Positions 24,192 through 37,850 are shown, numbered from the stretch's first letter. The stretch: DNA of 64,000 nucleotides from Lingula anatina (GCA_051362555.1 CM120641.1:25054401-25118400), one strand, 5' to 3'. A program made the numbers and translations. Notes: generated by a model from the letters alone, not told the origin.

Positions 24192-24991
24192 AACAAGGCA
24201 GCAAAGCTGTCAAATGTACAGACAAAAAACAGAAAATAAAGATGCAAAAAAGGTCATTTTGTTAATTTTGATGCAATAATAAATAATGCTTATAATAGCA
24301 CTATCAGTCAACACTGAATTTTATAATCATGCACAACAGGTAAAATGGTCAATAACATGAGCGGACCCAGAGATATTCTCTGACAGTATTCCAAAGTATC
24401 TATTTTGATCCATCCTCCATTTTGATGGTCTTCCAACAGAAGAAAAAATAGATACCAGGCAATATAAACTTAATAACCTGACTGTCTTCCGGAAGTCCCA
24501 GAAGATGGTCTCAATCTACCCTTTCAATAAGATTACAGTTTCAGGACCATGAGAGTTCAAATTCACATGATATAAGTCTCAATATTTGAAAAATGATGAC
24601 AGTGCATAAAATAATATTACATAAGTAACATAATGTTTAAAGACATAAAAAACAATACAACTGCTTATGTGGAAATACAGAAATGTCAGAGTCTCAGGCG
24701 GATGAGAGTTAAAAGTCACAAATGCAAGTGTTTGAGAAAAAATTATAAAGGAAAACATAACAAAACTAGAAAAGCACTCCGAGAGTGCAGACCTCTGCCA
24801 AGGTAGCAATTGTTGATTATTATTGATTTTTGTCCTCTTTGGCCCACTTCTGACAGTTCCTGAAAATTTCAGCAAAATCGGTCCATAACTTTTTGAGTTA
24901 TGTTGATGACAAACAGGGGTGAAAATATAACCTCCTTGGCAGAGGTAAATATAATTCCAATGAAGCTGCTATTCAAACTTTTAATCTTTCA

Positions 24992-25043
<52 letters not shown>

Positions 25044-28000
25044 TTATTTGCAATATTAAACAAAATTTACCTGCATAATTATCACTGCTTCCTTATTATT
25101 AATCTAGCAGAGAGCTTAACCTATGGGAGTTTACAGGGAAATATCAACAAGTGTGCTTTATGTAATCTCAAATCACAAGTGTGCTTTATGTAGCCTATCA
25201 ATTAGACTAATTACTTTATAACTGAAATTAGCGAAGTGATACCCAAGGGAAATTTATAGACTGACCCTTTCAAGGGTCTTTCAGGCCCATAAGTCACAAC
25301 TTAAGAAGAGCACAAAACAATAATGCACAAAATAGGAGACTACCACTTCTGATGCAATAATACATTATGTTTAACTGCACAGTCAACATCAAATTTTAAT
25401 TTTGCACAACAGGTAACACCGATGAAAGTAAAAGCATAAGGCTTCAGGCCCATCAGAGTTCAAGTTTATACTTAGAAAGTGCCAGAATGAGAAAAATGAA
25501 ATTTCACACAAAATTGCATTAAATTCAATAATAAATGATAACCCAATTGACCTGGCTTTCTAATTTGAACTGCATGCCAATCCTAAAAATCATACTCTTA
25601 AGTTAAATATAATAATAAATAACACAGTTTTCTTTTCATAATGTTTGCAGTAGCAGTGCAAAAAGATTATTGTCAATTTTGATGTAACATTACATAATAA
25701 ATTATAGAATAATTATCACCAATTTTTGATTATTGACAATAAATAGCATGAACATGTGGAAAATTTGATTACCATCCGGCTTCATGTCCATGGGAGCTCC
25801 GAGTCCCACAATGAATATGCCAAAAAGATAATGAATATTTCACTGAAATGTATAACTTCCAGAAAAAGAAGCCCATTAGACTGCTTTCCAACTTGGGCTG
25901 CATTTTAGTCCTGTGTTTCTTTTTTGAAAGTTTGACAATCATAAGTAACACGGTTTTCCCATCATGGTCATCATGGCAGATGTGGATGATTGAATCTGAC
26001 AAACTGCAATAATATGAGTTTATTTCCGTTTTGGACACTTGATTACACAATACATGATAACAAGTTTACCATCATTTTTAGGTAATCAACTAACAATGTT
26101 GTAAAGATGCAGGAAATATCAAACAAACACTTTTACGTATCTTATTAGTTCAATAATGAGACTGTTAACATGCCTAAGAATTGAATCTGAGGAAATTTGA
26201 AAAAACAGTACAACTTCTAAAATAATGGCCCGATAACGTTGATTTTCGAACTCAACCTGCATTTTTGTAAGATTGACCACTCCTGGGAGTATAATGACAA
26301 TTGGCTAAGCTGTTTTTCTTATATTGTGTTATTAATGTTGCATATATGTTGAAAAAAGTGAAAAAACAGCATAAAAAAATTAAAAGAAAATGTAAAATAA
26401 AACATAACAAAAAATACCAATAAAGCTGCTATTCAAACTTTTAATCTAGCTGTACAATTACTAACATGATATGAATAACCCTATTGAGTTTGAGAATAAT
26501 AAGGCATTGTTATTCATCTTTAGCATTAATGTAAGCGTTACACAAAATTTTTTTTGTAAACTTATTTTCCATATTAAATAACATTTACCTGCATAATAAT
26601 CATCGATTCCTAATTATGTGACACAGTTAAGAAAGCTAAACCGATGGGACTTTACAATGAAATCTCAATGTGTGTTTATGTAATCTCATTTAATACCCAC
26701 TTGAAAATTAATTAAGCAAATTATTTTATAACCCTGAAATAACTTGAAAATCAATTAAGCAAATTATTTTATAACCCTGAATTAACTGCCTACTATCCAT
26801 ATACATTTATTGCACCAAATAGCACTGTACTGCATTGCTTTCAAAACAGAAAACAATTACGATGGTTTTCCAACACAAACTGCACTTCAGTCTTTTCAGT
26901 AAGGTTGATTATCATAAGTAACATGGTTTTCCCTTAATCGCTATCCTGGCAGCAGTGTCCAAAATAGGGTTTTCTTTAACTTTCATGCAATATAACATAA
27001 TACTTAACAGCATAATGACCATCAAATTTTTTATAAAAAAATAAAAGTATCATGGATATTCAGAAAATGTGATATGGAAAGGTCTCCAAGGACATGGAAG
27101 TTAGGGTCACACTTTCAAAATGCCAAAATGTTAACAAGAGATAACTGTACTGAAATGATTTTCTTTCCATTTTCAACACCTTTTTTACATAAAACCATCA
27201 TCAATTAACTGTCATTTTTAAATGATCAACTAGGAAAATTGTTGACATAGGAAAAATATCAATAGAACAATTTATAATGTCCAATTAGCTCCATTTGGAG
27301 ATTCTGAACATAGTGAATGATTGAATCTGACGAACTGCAATGATGAGTTCCTTTCCATTTTTGATACTTTATTACACAATGCAGGATAATAGGTTTACCG
27401 TCATTTTTATATAATCAACTAACAATATTGTTAAGAAGCAGAAAATGTTAAAACAACACTTTAACATATCCAATTAGTACCGTTATGAGACTGTTAACAT
27501 GCTTAAGAATTAAATCTGAAGAAAAACCACTTATATACAAAAAGGCTAATAACTTCATCAAAACTTAACTGATCAAGCTTATTTTCAAATTTGATCTGTA
27601 TACTGGTCAGATTGATCACTCCTGTGAGTTGCAAGACAAAAGGCTGATTGGTTTTCCTTAAAATGCGTTATCAGTGTTGCATGTATGCTGAATAAAGGGA
27701 AAAAAACAGCATTACTTTTGTAAAAATAGTCCAATCATGCCAATTTTCAAACTTGACCTGCATATTATAAATATTCACCAGTTCTGTAAATTTCAATCCA
27801 AGGAAAGGAAAAACATTTTTACACTTATCATGTTATCGGTGTTATAAAAGTGCTGAAAAAATTGAAAAAAAAAAAAAAAAAAAAAACAGGATAACTTCCA
27901 TAAAAATTGCCCGATCTTGCTGATTTTCAAACTTGACCTGCGTATTATGAATATTTCAAGTTTCAAGCCAAATGAAAAAACAGTTTTCCACTTATTGTGT

Positions 28001-29861
28001 TATCAGTGCTGCATATATGCTGAAAAAAGTGAAAAAAACAGCATAAATTCCCTAACAATAATCGAATCATGCTGATTTTCGAATTGACTTGCGTATTATG
28101 AATATTTATCAGTTCTGCAAGTTTCAAGCCAAAAGGTAAATTTGTTTTCCACTTATGGTGTTATCGGTGCTGCATATATGCTGAAAAAAGTGAAAAAACA
28201 GCATAAATTCCTTAAAAATGACCCAATCATGCTGATTTTCGAACTTGACCTGTGTATTATGAATATTAATCAGTTTTGTAACTTTCAAGCGAAAAGGTAG
28301 AATGGTTTTCCACTTATCATGTTATCGGGGTTGCATATGTGCTGAAAAAAGTGAAAAAACAGCATAAATTCCCTAAAAATGACCCGATCATGCTGATTTT
28401 CGAACTTGACCTGCGTATTATGAATATTCATCAGTTCTGTAACTTTCAAGCCAAAAGGTAAAATGGTTTTTCACTTATCGTGTTATCGGTGCTGCATATA
28501 TGCTGAAAAAAGTGAAAAAAACAGCATAAATTCCCTAAAAGTAACCCGATCATGCTGATTTTCGAACTTGACCTGTGTATTATGAATATTCATCAGTTCT
28601 GTAAGTTTCATACCAAAAGAAAAAACAGTTTTCCATTTATAGTGTTATCGGTAAAAGTGCACGGCGACGGCGACGACGACGACGGCGACGACAGACGCAG
28701 ATGACGGCTATATGTACAGACACATCTGTATCTGTACATAAAAATGCCAAAATGTAAACAAGACAGCACTGTCCTGAAATGGGTTTATTTCCATTTTTAA
28801 CACTTTTTTAACATAAAACAAAATAAACATTTTACTGCCATTTTTATATGACCAACTAAGAAAATTGATGAGATGGGAAAAGTATCAATAGAACAGTGTT
28901 AAATGTCCAATTTCCTCCATTCTGAGATTCTGGACATAGTGGATGATTGAATCTGACAAACTGCAATGATATGAGTTTATTTCCATTTTTGACACTTTAT
29001 TACATGATAACAAGTTTACCATGTTTTTTTTACATAATCAACTAACAATGTTGTAAAGATGCAGGAAATATCAAACAAACACTTTTACGCATCTAATTAG
29101 TTCAATAATGAGACTGTTAACATGCCTAATAATTGAATCTGAGGAAATGTGAAAAAACAGTATAACTTCTAAAATAATGGCCCGATTATGCTGATTTTCG
29201 AACTCAACCTGCGTTTTAGTAAGATTGACCACTCCTGTGAATATAATGCCAATTGGCCAATCCGTTTTTCTTATATTGTGTTATCAGTGTTGCATTTATA
29301 TTGAAAAGTGAAAAAAACAGCATAAATTCCCTAAAAATGGCCCAATCATGCTGATTTTCGAACTTGACCTGCGTATTAAGAATTTTCATCACTTCTGTAA
29401 GTTTCAAGCCAAAAGGTAAAATGGTTTTCCACTTACTGTGTTATCGGTGCTGCATATATGCTGAAAAAGTGAAAAAACAGCATAAATTCCCTAAAAATGG
29501 CCCAATCATGCCGATTTTCGAACTTGACCTGCATATTATGAATATTCATCAGTTCTGTAAGTTTCAAGTCAAAAGGTACAATGGTTTTCCACTTATCGTG
29601 TTATCGGTGCTGCATATATGTTGAAAAAAGTGAAAAAACAGCATAAATTCCCTAAGAGTGACCCGATCATGCTGATTTTCGAACTTGACCTGCGTATTAT
29701 GAATATTCATCAGTTCTGCAAGTTTCAAATCAAAAGGCAAAATGGTTTTCCACTTATCGTGTTATCGGTAAAAGTGCACGGCGACGGCGACGGCGGCGAC
29801 GGCGACGACAGACGCAGATGATGGCTATATGTACAGACACATCTGTGTCTGTACATAAAAA
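24192..29861 (-). mobile_element. HINE family 1, copy C (long copy 24192-28744 plus a second 5' segment 28745-29861)
   Basis: Reverse-complement termini aacaaggcagcaaagctgtcaaatgtacagaca and atgtacagacacatctgtgtctgtacataaaa; ~120-bp repeat arrays; (TA)n at ~24996-25038. Confidence 0.85.
27700..28650 (-). repeat. ~120-bp tandem array (~8 units) inside the HINE
   Basis: Recurring atcatgctgattttcgaacttgacctg(c/t)gtattatgaatatt with ~120-bp period; the same unit occurs at 29300-29770, 42075-42560, 57780-58580. Confidence 0.9.
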
Positions 29862-30690
29862 TGGGAATTTTATGCAAAAAAATATTTGTTTGTATCAATT
29901 TTCAGAAACTACACAGACCTGAACTCTCATATTATGGTGAGGGGTTACAGTCAGGGACTCCCTTCGTCTTTGGGAGTTTGGGGTCAATTGGTGCATTTTC
30001 ATGGGAGAAGCAGCCATTAGATACCAAAACTGAAAACTCCCTTTAATTCTGGAACCGTAAATGCTAGAGACCTTTTGTTTTTTGCATTTTGTAGAACTTG
30101 TCAAGTGCAATACTGGGGGTGGTATCCAAATTTTTATTTTTGATATGGTTTAGGCATTGTCTATTTCAAAAATTATAACATTGCATTATTCAATGGGGAA
30201 AATGTGAAATACTCCAAAACTGGCAGAGATCGCCCATAGTTACTATTGAACTTGAATAGGAAGTCATATACTGGTAATCTAACTGTGACCTTGAAATTGA
30301 CCTTTGACCTACTATATATGATGAACTGCACTTTGCATGTTTCCTGGCCTTCATATCTCCAAAATTGGCAAAGAAATGCCCATAGCTACTATTGAACTTA
30401 TATAGGTAGTCACATACTGTGACCTTGTAATTGACCTTTGACCTACTTTTTCACCATAACTGAACTCTGCATATTTTCTTGCCCCTCATATCTTCAAAAC
30501 TAGCAGAGATCTGCCCAGTGTTGTCCCTAGGTTTTCTCTTTTGTCAGCATATACACAATACTGATAACGCATTTCAAGGAAAACCAGTAGGCCTATTGTC
30601 TAGAAAATCACAGGAGTGATCAGTGTTAGGAAAATACAGGTCAGTTTGAACATCTGCTTGATTGGACCATTTTAACAGTTACGTTTTTTC

Positions 30691-30727
<37 letters not shown>

Positions 30728-30888
30728 ATATTTTGAGAACTCTCGTTTATAGCATTTTATAGAGCTTGTCAAGCACAAGACTTGTGTTGGTGTCCATTTT
30801 TTTTGGGGGGGGTTTCCATACGAATGCGCTTACTCCAGCTGGTGGTACAATATTAAGAGGCGGTATCGCCTCTCTGATCCTCTAGTCA

Positions 30889-33800
30889 TTTTTATGTACA
30901 GACACAGATGTGTCTGTACATATTGCCATCACCTGCGTCTGTCGTCGCCGTCGTCACCGATGGCAATGGCGATGCCGATGCTGATGCCGTGCACTTTCAT
31001 TGTAAACACTATAAGTGGAAGGCAGTTTTACTTTTTGTCTTTATATTTACAGAGCTGATAAATATTCATAAAACGCAGGTCAAGTTCGGAAATCAGCATG
31101 ATCAGGCCATTATTGTAGAAGTTATGCTGTTTTTTCACTTTTCAGCATATATGAAACACTGTAAACACAATATAAGAACAAGGCAGCAAAGCTGTCAAAT
31201 GTACAGACAAAAAGCAGGAAATAACTATGCACAAAATAGGCTACTGTCAATTCTGATGCAAAAGAACATTATGTTAAACTGCAAATTCAACATCAAATTT
31301 TAATTATGCTCAACAGGTAATAGCAATGTAAGTAAAATGTATTTCTTTTTTGAAAGTTTGGCAAGTAAGTAAGTAACACTTTCATTGTAAACACTATAAG
31401 TGGAAGGCAGTTTTACTTTTTGTCTTTATATTTACAGAGCTGATAAATATTCATAAAACGCAGGTCAAGTTCGGAAATCAGCATGATCAGGCCATTATTG
31501 TAGAAGTTATGCTGTTTTTTCACTTTTCAGCATATATGAAACACTGTAAACACAATATAAGAACAAGGCAGCAAAGCTGTCAAATGTACAGACAAAAAGC
31601 AGGAAATAACTATGCACAAAATAGGCTACTGTCAATTCTGATGCAAAAGAACATTATGTTAAACTGCAAATTCAACATCAAATTTTAATTATGCTCAACA
31701 GGTAATAGCAATGTAAGTAAAATGTATTTCTTTTTTGAAAGTTTGGCAAGTAAGTAAGTAACATGGTTTTCCCATAATGGTCATCATGGCAGCAGCACCC
31801 AAAATTGTGTTTTCTTCTATTCTGATGCAATATTACATAATGGTTAACAGCATAATGACCGTCAATTTTTAATAATAAAATATACGTATCATGTATTTTC
31901 AGAAAATGTGACTAGCATGGGTATCCAAGCCCGTGGAACTTCAAAGTCACACCTTGAAAATGCCAATATGTGAAAAATTAAAGTTTCACAAAAAAACTGT
32001 TTAACTGGCAGTAAGAATTACCAAACAGACTGCATTGCCTACTGAAGCTGTATTTTAGTCCCATGTTTCTTTTCTGTTAGTTTGAAAACAGTAAGTGACA
32101 TGGTTTTTCTGAAATGGTCATCATGGGAGCAGTGCCCAAAATAGGGGTTTCTTCAAATTTTGATGCAACATTACATAATGTTCAACAGCATAATGACCAT
32201 CAATTTTAATAATAAAATATTAGTAACATGGACATTCAGAAAACGTGACCAGCAAAGGTCTTCAGGCCAATGGAACTTCAAAGTCACACCTTGAAAATGC
32301 CAAAATGTAAACAAGACAACACTGTTCTGTTATGGGTTTATTTCCATTTTTAACACTTTTTTTAACATAAAACAAAATAAACAGTTTACTGCCATTTTTA
32401 TTTGATCAACTAAGAAAATTGATGAGGTGGGAAAAATATCAATAGAACAGTGTTAAATGTCCAATTTCATCTATTCTGAGATTCTGAACATAGTGAATGA
32501 TTGAATCTGACAAAATGCAATGATATGAGTTTGATTCCATTTTTGACACTTTATTACACAATACACGATAACAAGTTTACCATCATTTTTACATAATCAA
32601 CTAACAATGTTGTAAAGATGCAGGAAATGTCAAACAAACACTTTTACGTTTCTAATTAGTAAAATAATAAGGCTATGAACATGCCTAAGAACTGAATCTG
32701 AGGAAATGTGAAAAAACAGCATAACTTCTAAAATAATGGCCCGATTATGCTGATTTTTGAATCAACCTGCGTTTTAGTAAGATTGGCCACTCCTGTGAGT
32801 TTAATGACAATTGGCCTATCTGTTTTTATGTACAGACACAGATGTGTCTGTACATATTGCCATCACCTGCGTCTGTCGTCGCCGATGCCGATGGCGATGC
32901 CGATGCCGTGCACTTTCCTTGTAAACACGATAAGTGGAGGGCAGTTTTACTTTTTGGCTTTATATTTACAGAGCTGATGAATATTCATAAAACGCAGGTC
33001 AAGTTCGAAAATCAGCATGATCGGGCCATTATTGAAGAAGTTATGCTGTTTTTTCACTTTTCAGCATATTTTTCACATTTCCTCAGATTCAATTCTTGGG
33101 CATGTTAATAGTCTCATTATTGAACTAATAAGATACGTAAAAGTTTTTGTTTGACATTTCCTGCATCTTTATAACATTGTTAGTTGATTTTGTAAAAATG
33201 ATGGTAAACTTGTTATCGTGTATTGTGTAATAAAGTTTCAAAAATGGAAATAAACTCATATCATTGCAGTTTGTCAGATTCAATCATTCACTATGTTCAG
33301 AATCTCAGAATGGAAGAAATTGGACATTTAACACTGCTTTATTGATATTTTTCCCATCTCATCAATTTTCTTAGTTGATCATATAAAAATGGCAGTAAAC
33401 TGTTTATTTTGTTTTATGTTAAAAATTGTTAAAAATGGAAAAAAAAAAACATTTCAGAAAAGTGCTGTCTTGTTTACATTTTGGCATTTTCAAGTTGTGA
33501 CTTTGAAGTTCCATGGGCCTGAAGACCTTTGCTAGTCACATTTTCTGAATATCCATGATACTAATATTTTATTATTAAAAATTGATGGTCATTATGCTGT
33601 TAAACATTATGTAATATTGCATCAAAATTTGAAAAAAAAAAAACTATTTTGGGCACTGCTCCCATGATGACCATTTAAGAAAAACCATGTCACTTACTGT
33701 TCTCAAACAGTACAGTAAATATATATAGATGTGTCTGTACATATTGCCATCACCTGTCTGTCGTCGCCGTCATCACCAGCGCCGTGCACTTTCATTGTAA

Positions 33801-35110
33801 ACACAAAAAGGGAAGGCAATTTTACTTTTTGGCTTTATATTTACAGAGCTGATGAATATTCATAAAATGCAGGTCAAGTTCGAAAATCAGCATGATTGGG
33901 CCATTATTGTAGAAGTTATGCTGTTTTTCACTTTTCAGCATATCTGCAACAATGTAAACACATTTCAAGGAAAACCGATAGGCCTGTTGTCATGAAACTC
34001 ACAGGAGTAATCTATCTTACTAAAACGCAGGTCAAGTTCGAAAATCGGCATGATCAGGCAACTATTTTAGTAGTTATGCTTTTTTTTCAGTTTTCAGCAT
34101 ATATGCAACACTGTAAACACAATATACGAAAAACAGATAGGCCAATTGTCATTAAACTCACAGGAGTGGCCAATCCTGCTAAAACGCAGGTTGAGTTAAA
34201 AAAAAAATCAGCATAATCGGGCCATTATTTTAGAAGTTATGTTGTTTTTTCACATTTCCTCAGATTCAATTCTTAGGCATGTTAACAGATTCATTATTTA
34301 ATTAATAAGATATTAAAAGTGTTTGTTTGACATTTCCTGCATCTTTACAACATTGATAGTTGATTTTGTAAAAATGATGGTTAATTTGTTATCGTGTATT
34401 GTGTAATAAAGTTTCAAAAATGGAAATAAACTCATATCATTGCAGTTTGTCAGATTCAATCATTCACTATGTTCAGAATCTCAGAATGGAAGAAATTGGA
34501 CATTTAACACTGCTCTATTGATATTTTTCCCATCTCATCAATTTGCTTAGTTGATCAAATAAAATGGCAGTAAGCTGTTAATTTTGTTTTATGTTAAAAA
34601 TTGTTAAAAATGGAAAAAAAAAAAAACATTTCAGAACAATGCTGTCTTGTTTACATTTTGGCATTTTCAAGTTGTGACTTTGAAGTTCCATGGGCCTGAA
34701 GACCTTTGCTAGTCACATTTTCTGAATATCCATGATACTAATATTTTATTATTAAAAACTGATGGTCATTATGCTGTTAAACATTATGTAATATTGCATC
34801 AAAATTTGAAAAAAACCTACTTTGGGCACTGCTCCCATGATGATCATTTAAGAAAAACCATGTCACTTAATGTTCCCAAACAGTACAGTAAATATGTACA
34901 GATGTGTCTGTACATATTGCCATCACCTGCGTCTGTCGTCGCCATCAGCGCCGTCACCGGCGCCTTGCACTTTCATTGTAAACACGATAAGTGGAAGGCA
35001 GTTTTACTTTTGGGCTTTATATTTACAGAGCTGATGAATATTCATAAAACGCAGGTCAAGTTCGAAAATCAGCATGATTGGGCCATTATTGTAGAAGTCA
35101 TGCCTTTTTT
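30889..35110. mobile_element. Cluster of nested HINE family 1 copies (+ 30889; - 31177/31562-32826; + 32823-35110 with restarts at ~33728, ~34895)
   Basis: Multiple 5' palindromes and 3' termini in both orientations. Confidence 0.8.
30992..31762. repeat. 385-bp direct tandem duplication spanning a +/- element junction
   Basis: 30992-31376 repeated at 31377-~31762; aacaaggcagc at 31177 and 31562. Confidence 0.88.
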
Positions 35111-36466
35111 CAGTGATCTGAAACGTCCTTGACCTTTTCCATGTTTTCAATTCCGCATATTATTCTACAAATAATCTCAAGTTACGCTTGCGGCCTCGCT
35201 GTTTAAATAATCTTTAAATAATCCCTTCGCAAGGAGTTTGCGAGGAGTTTGCAAGTGAGACTTGCGTGGTCCAAGATGCACGTCGCAAGCAACGAAAGAG
35301 AAAGTGCCCTTTGCGTGTTGAGTATGGCGCACGCCCTCACATCTATGACGAAGTAAGTCGAAAACACGGCGGGGCTGCGAGAATAAAAGGTGTGCTCACG
35401 ACGCATGCTCGTGTCTCTACAATTTCAAAAATTTTGAATTTTGCTCAATTCAGATTCTAATGTGCCTCCAAAAGACAAGGGAAATAAGTTTAAGAGCAGA
35501 AAAGAAGGTTGGAGGAAGATAACAGAAAACGAAGCGCTTTAGCACTGCTTTTTTTATTATTTAATAATTTAACAAAATCATCGTTGCCTGAAGAAAAGAC
35601 ATAGCTGCGTCATCTTAGATTAAAACTAACTTTTCCTTAAGTAAATAAATAAAAGGGCGTATAATATAAATACGGTAACTACAGTAGGAGAACAATATTA
35701 ATTTTGCACAAACATTTCTCAAATTTACAAGGCATAGCTGTAGGCCTACGTACTGTTAAGCTGCACGCAAAGTCTGAGATCGACTTCGAGTAACGCCCTT
35801 TATTTTCCCCAATATATTTCGAATAAAATGTGTCAATTATGTGTCCCAAGAGGGTGGTGCATCTTGAAAAAAATAGCATAATAGAAAGGGTTTTGAATCA
35901 CGATTTGTGTTTACAAAGCCCAGGGAATCTTTGCTTTGGGAGAGTAGTGTTTTTGCGGAGTATTGGTAGGTGGGAGTATCAGTGGGGGGAAGTATCGATG
36001 CAGGGATGCAAAGAAGCGGGGGAGTATCGGTGCTGGGGAGTATTGGTGCAGTGATGTAAAGAAATATGGGGGAGTATCGGTGCGGGGACGTATAGGCATT
36101 CTAGTCGGGGGCGAACTCGGCCAATATAAAAATTTTAACTTCGTCTCACGATTTTGGAGCGCCTGTTCTAATTTTTTAAAAGCAAGACAATGGAACCAAA
36201 CAATACGAATCTCAAAAAAATTGATATTTTTTAATAGAGGATATAGCCGGGCGTACATCAAAAGGCGGCTTGTTTATTATTGTGATATGTAATAATAATT
36301 TATATAAAAGATACGATATAATAGGTTCTTGCCGATAAGCTTTATTGATTTTTTAAGTATTTGGAGACTAAAAACACAATTTAAGCTGAATGGTTTCAAA
36401 TCGAGGCACCACGTATTTTAATACTGTTAAAACCATGGAAAAGGTCAAGGACGTTTCAGATCGCTG
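35111..36466. mobile_element. Non-autonomous TIR DNA transposon (CAG termini, hAT-like?)
   Basis: 33-bp TIR cagtgatctgaaacgtccttgaccttttccatg / catggaaaaggtcaaggacgtttcagatcgctg (1 mismatch); internal ggggagtat(c/t)ggtgc repeats at 35940-36090; no TSD visible. Confidence 0.8.
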
Positions 36467-36751
36467 ACGGTGCGCGCGCGCCATCTGGTGTTAAGTCCGC
36501 GAATGACCGTTTGCAACAACTGATTGTTGAGTTGCTGTAACTGATTGTTGAGTTGCGATAACTGATTGTTGAGTTGCGGTAACTGACTTTTGAATCGTTT
36601 ATTGATTGTTAGATTTTGACGAATGATTAAAATGACCAAAACTAATTTAGTAGAATGAAGTTTAGATAGTTAAAGTAGGTTTTGGTTGTTAAATAGTGCT
36701 GATAGATTGTTGAATTGACGTCTGCATTTTTTGCGTGAATGGCGTTCCATA
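36467..36751. mobile_element. Fragment of a DNA element with 21-bp tandem repeats and a ...ttccata end (IS3EU-like terminus?)
   Basis: aactgattgttgagttgc x3-4 at 36518-36586; ends gaatggcgttccata. Confidence 0.4.
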
Positions 36752-36968
36752 TTTATGCACCTGGTTTTAAAATCATATAGCGATTTCATGACAATCGTTT
36801 ACTATCCAATCAAGGTGACAGCCGAGCGTGGGTTCATCCTGTCGGTATTCTGACTGATACTCCAAAATGCAATCTGACACACACCTTGAAAACGGGTAGT
36901 GTGGTCTGATATATACCGGTTAATTCAGGATCCTTAGGTGCCGAGTCTGGTAGTTGGGTAGGCCTGAC

Positions 36969-37256
36969 CATGTTACTTAGGATTGCTAAACTTTCAAAAA
37001 AGAAATACAGGACTGAAATGCAGCCTGAGTTGGAAAAGCAGTCTAATTGGCTTCTTTTTCTGGAAGTTATACATTTTCAAAGTGTGAACTTGAACTCCCA
37101 ATGGGCCTGGTATTACCTGTTGAGCATCATTAAAATTTGATGTTGAATTTGCAGTTTAACATAATGTACTTTTGCATTAGAATTGACAGTAGCCTATTTT
37201 GTGGATAGTTATTTCCTGCTTTTTGTCTGTACATTTGACAGCTTTGCTGCCTTGTA
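36969..37256 (+). mobile_element. HINE family 1 3' end
   Basis: Collinear with 10449-10769, ends ctgtacatttgacagctttgctgccttgt. Confidence 0.8.
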
Positions 37257-37679
37257 TGGTAATACCTCTGGCAGTCAAAATTTTGTCTCTGCAGCTTTCA
37301 TGCCTCCATGTGAGCCTACATACAAATATCAATGTCAAAAAAGGCAGTGCCATAATTAAGCATTTATTCTATTTTGCCTGTCACCTCTAAGAAAATGTGA
37401 TTAATTAGTTTGTGGAGGATGTTGTATTGACAGACAGCTGATAAAGTGAAAGGCTTTAAGTGCTTGAACATCCTCATTTAATGCTTCTTTTTTTTTCTGC
37501 AGAACCACTTAATGTGATTACAGCAAGTACTTGTGGGGTGGGGTGAATATTTTTGCCTCTGTCTCTGTGTTCCTGCTCTTAAGTTTTAAGCCCAAACCTA
37601 CTTGTAATATTGTTTACATAAACTGAAGAAAATAAGTAAAGTAAAAAATATAAAAAAACTTAATTGATTACATTTTCAG

Positions 37680-37850
37680 GATGTAAACAGTAGTGTGACA
37701 GAAATTGAGGCATTGGATAAAGATGAGAATTCAACCACACTCTACAGCATTGATGGAGGGAATTGCGGTTATTTTAAAATAGACAGCTACACTGGTATTT
37801 TACAGCTGAAGGAGAAGCTGCCTCAAGAGAATAATGACTTTAATTGTAAT
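37680..37850 (+). CDS. Cadherin exon (DVNSSVTEIEALDKDENSTTLYSIDGG...FNCN)
   Basis: cattttcag acceptor, aat|gtaagt donor, A-D-D motif, phase 0/0. Confidence 0.9.

Larger units (their letters stand above)
23741..30886 (+). mobile_element. HINE family 2, split by family-1 insertions
   Basis: 5' agtactaccagc-atctac-gctggcagtact inverted repeat, then ~9-bp ggctccgyy repeats. 3' subTIR gctggtggtac, perfect hairpin agaggcg-gtat-cgcctct, CTAGT end at 30886. Confidence 0.72.

Noticed and set aside
27700-28650. Regular ~120-bp repeats as a CRISPR-like array
   Set aside because: Whole units are homologous with no unique spacers, no cas genes, and the context is a eukaryotic intron.
8567-35132. Recurring small ORFs (MCLYILPSPAS..., MKLTGVINLTKTQVKFEN...)
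   Set aside because: Translations of non-coding HINE repeats; stops and frames differ between copies.
36518-36586. 21-bp repeats / QLNNQL ORF (36445-36639)
   Set aside because: Short subterminal tandem repeat of a transposon fragment; the ORF is a by-product.
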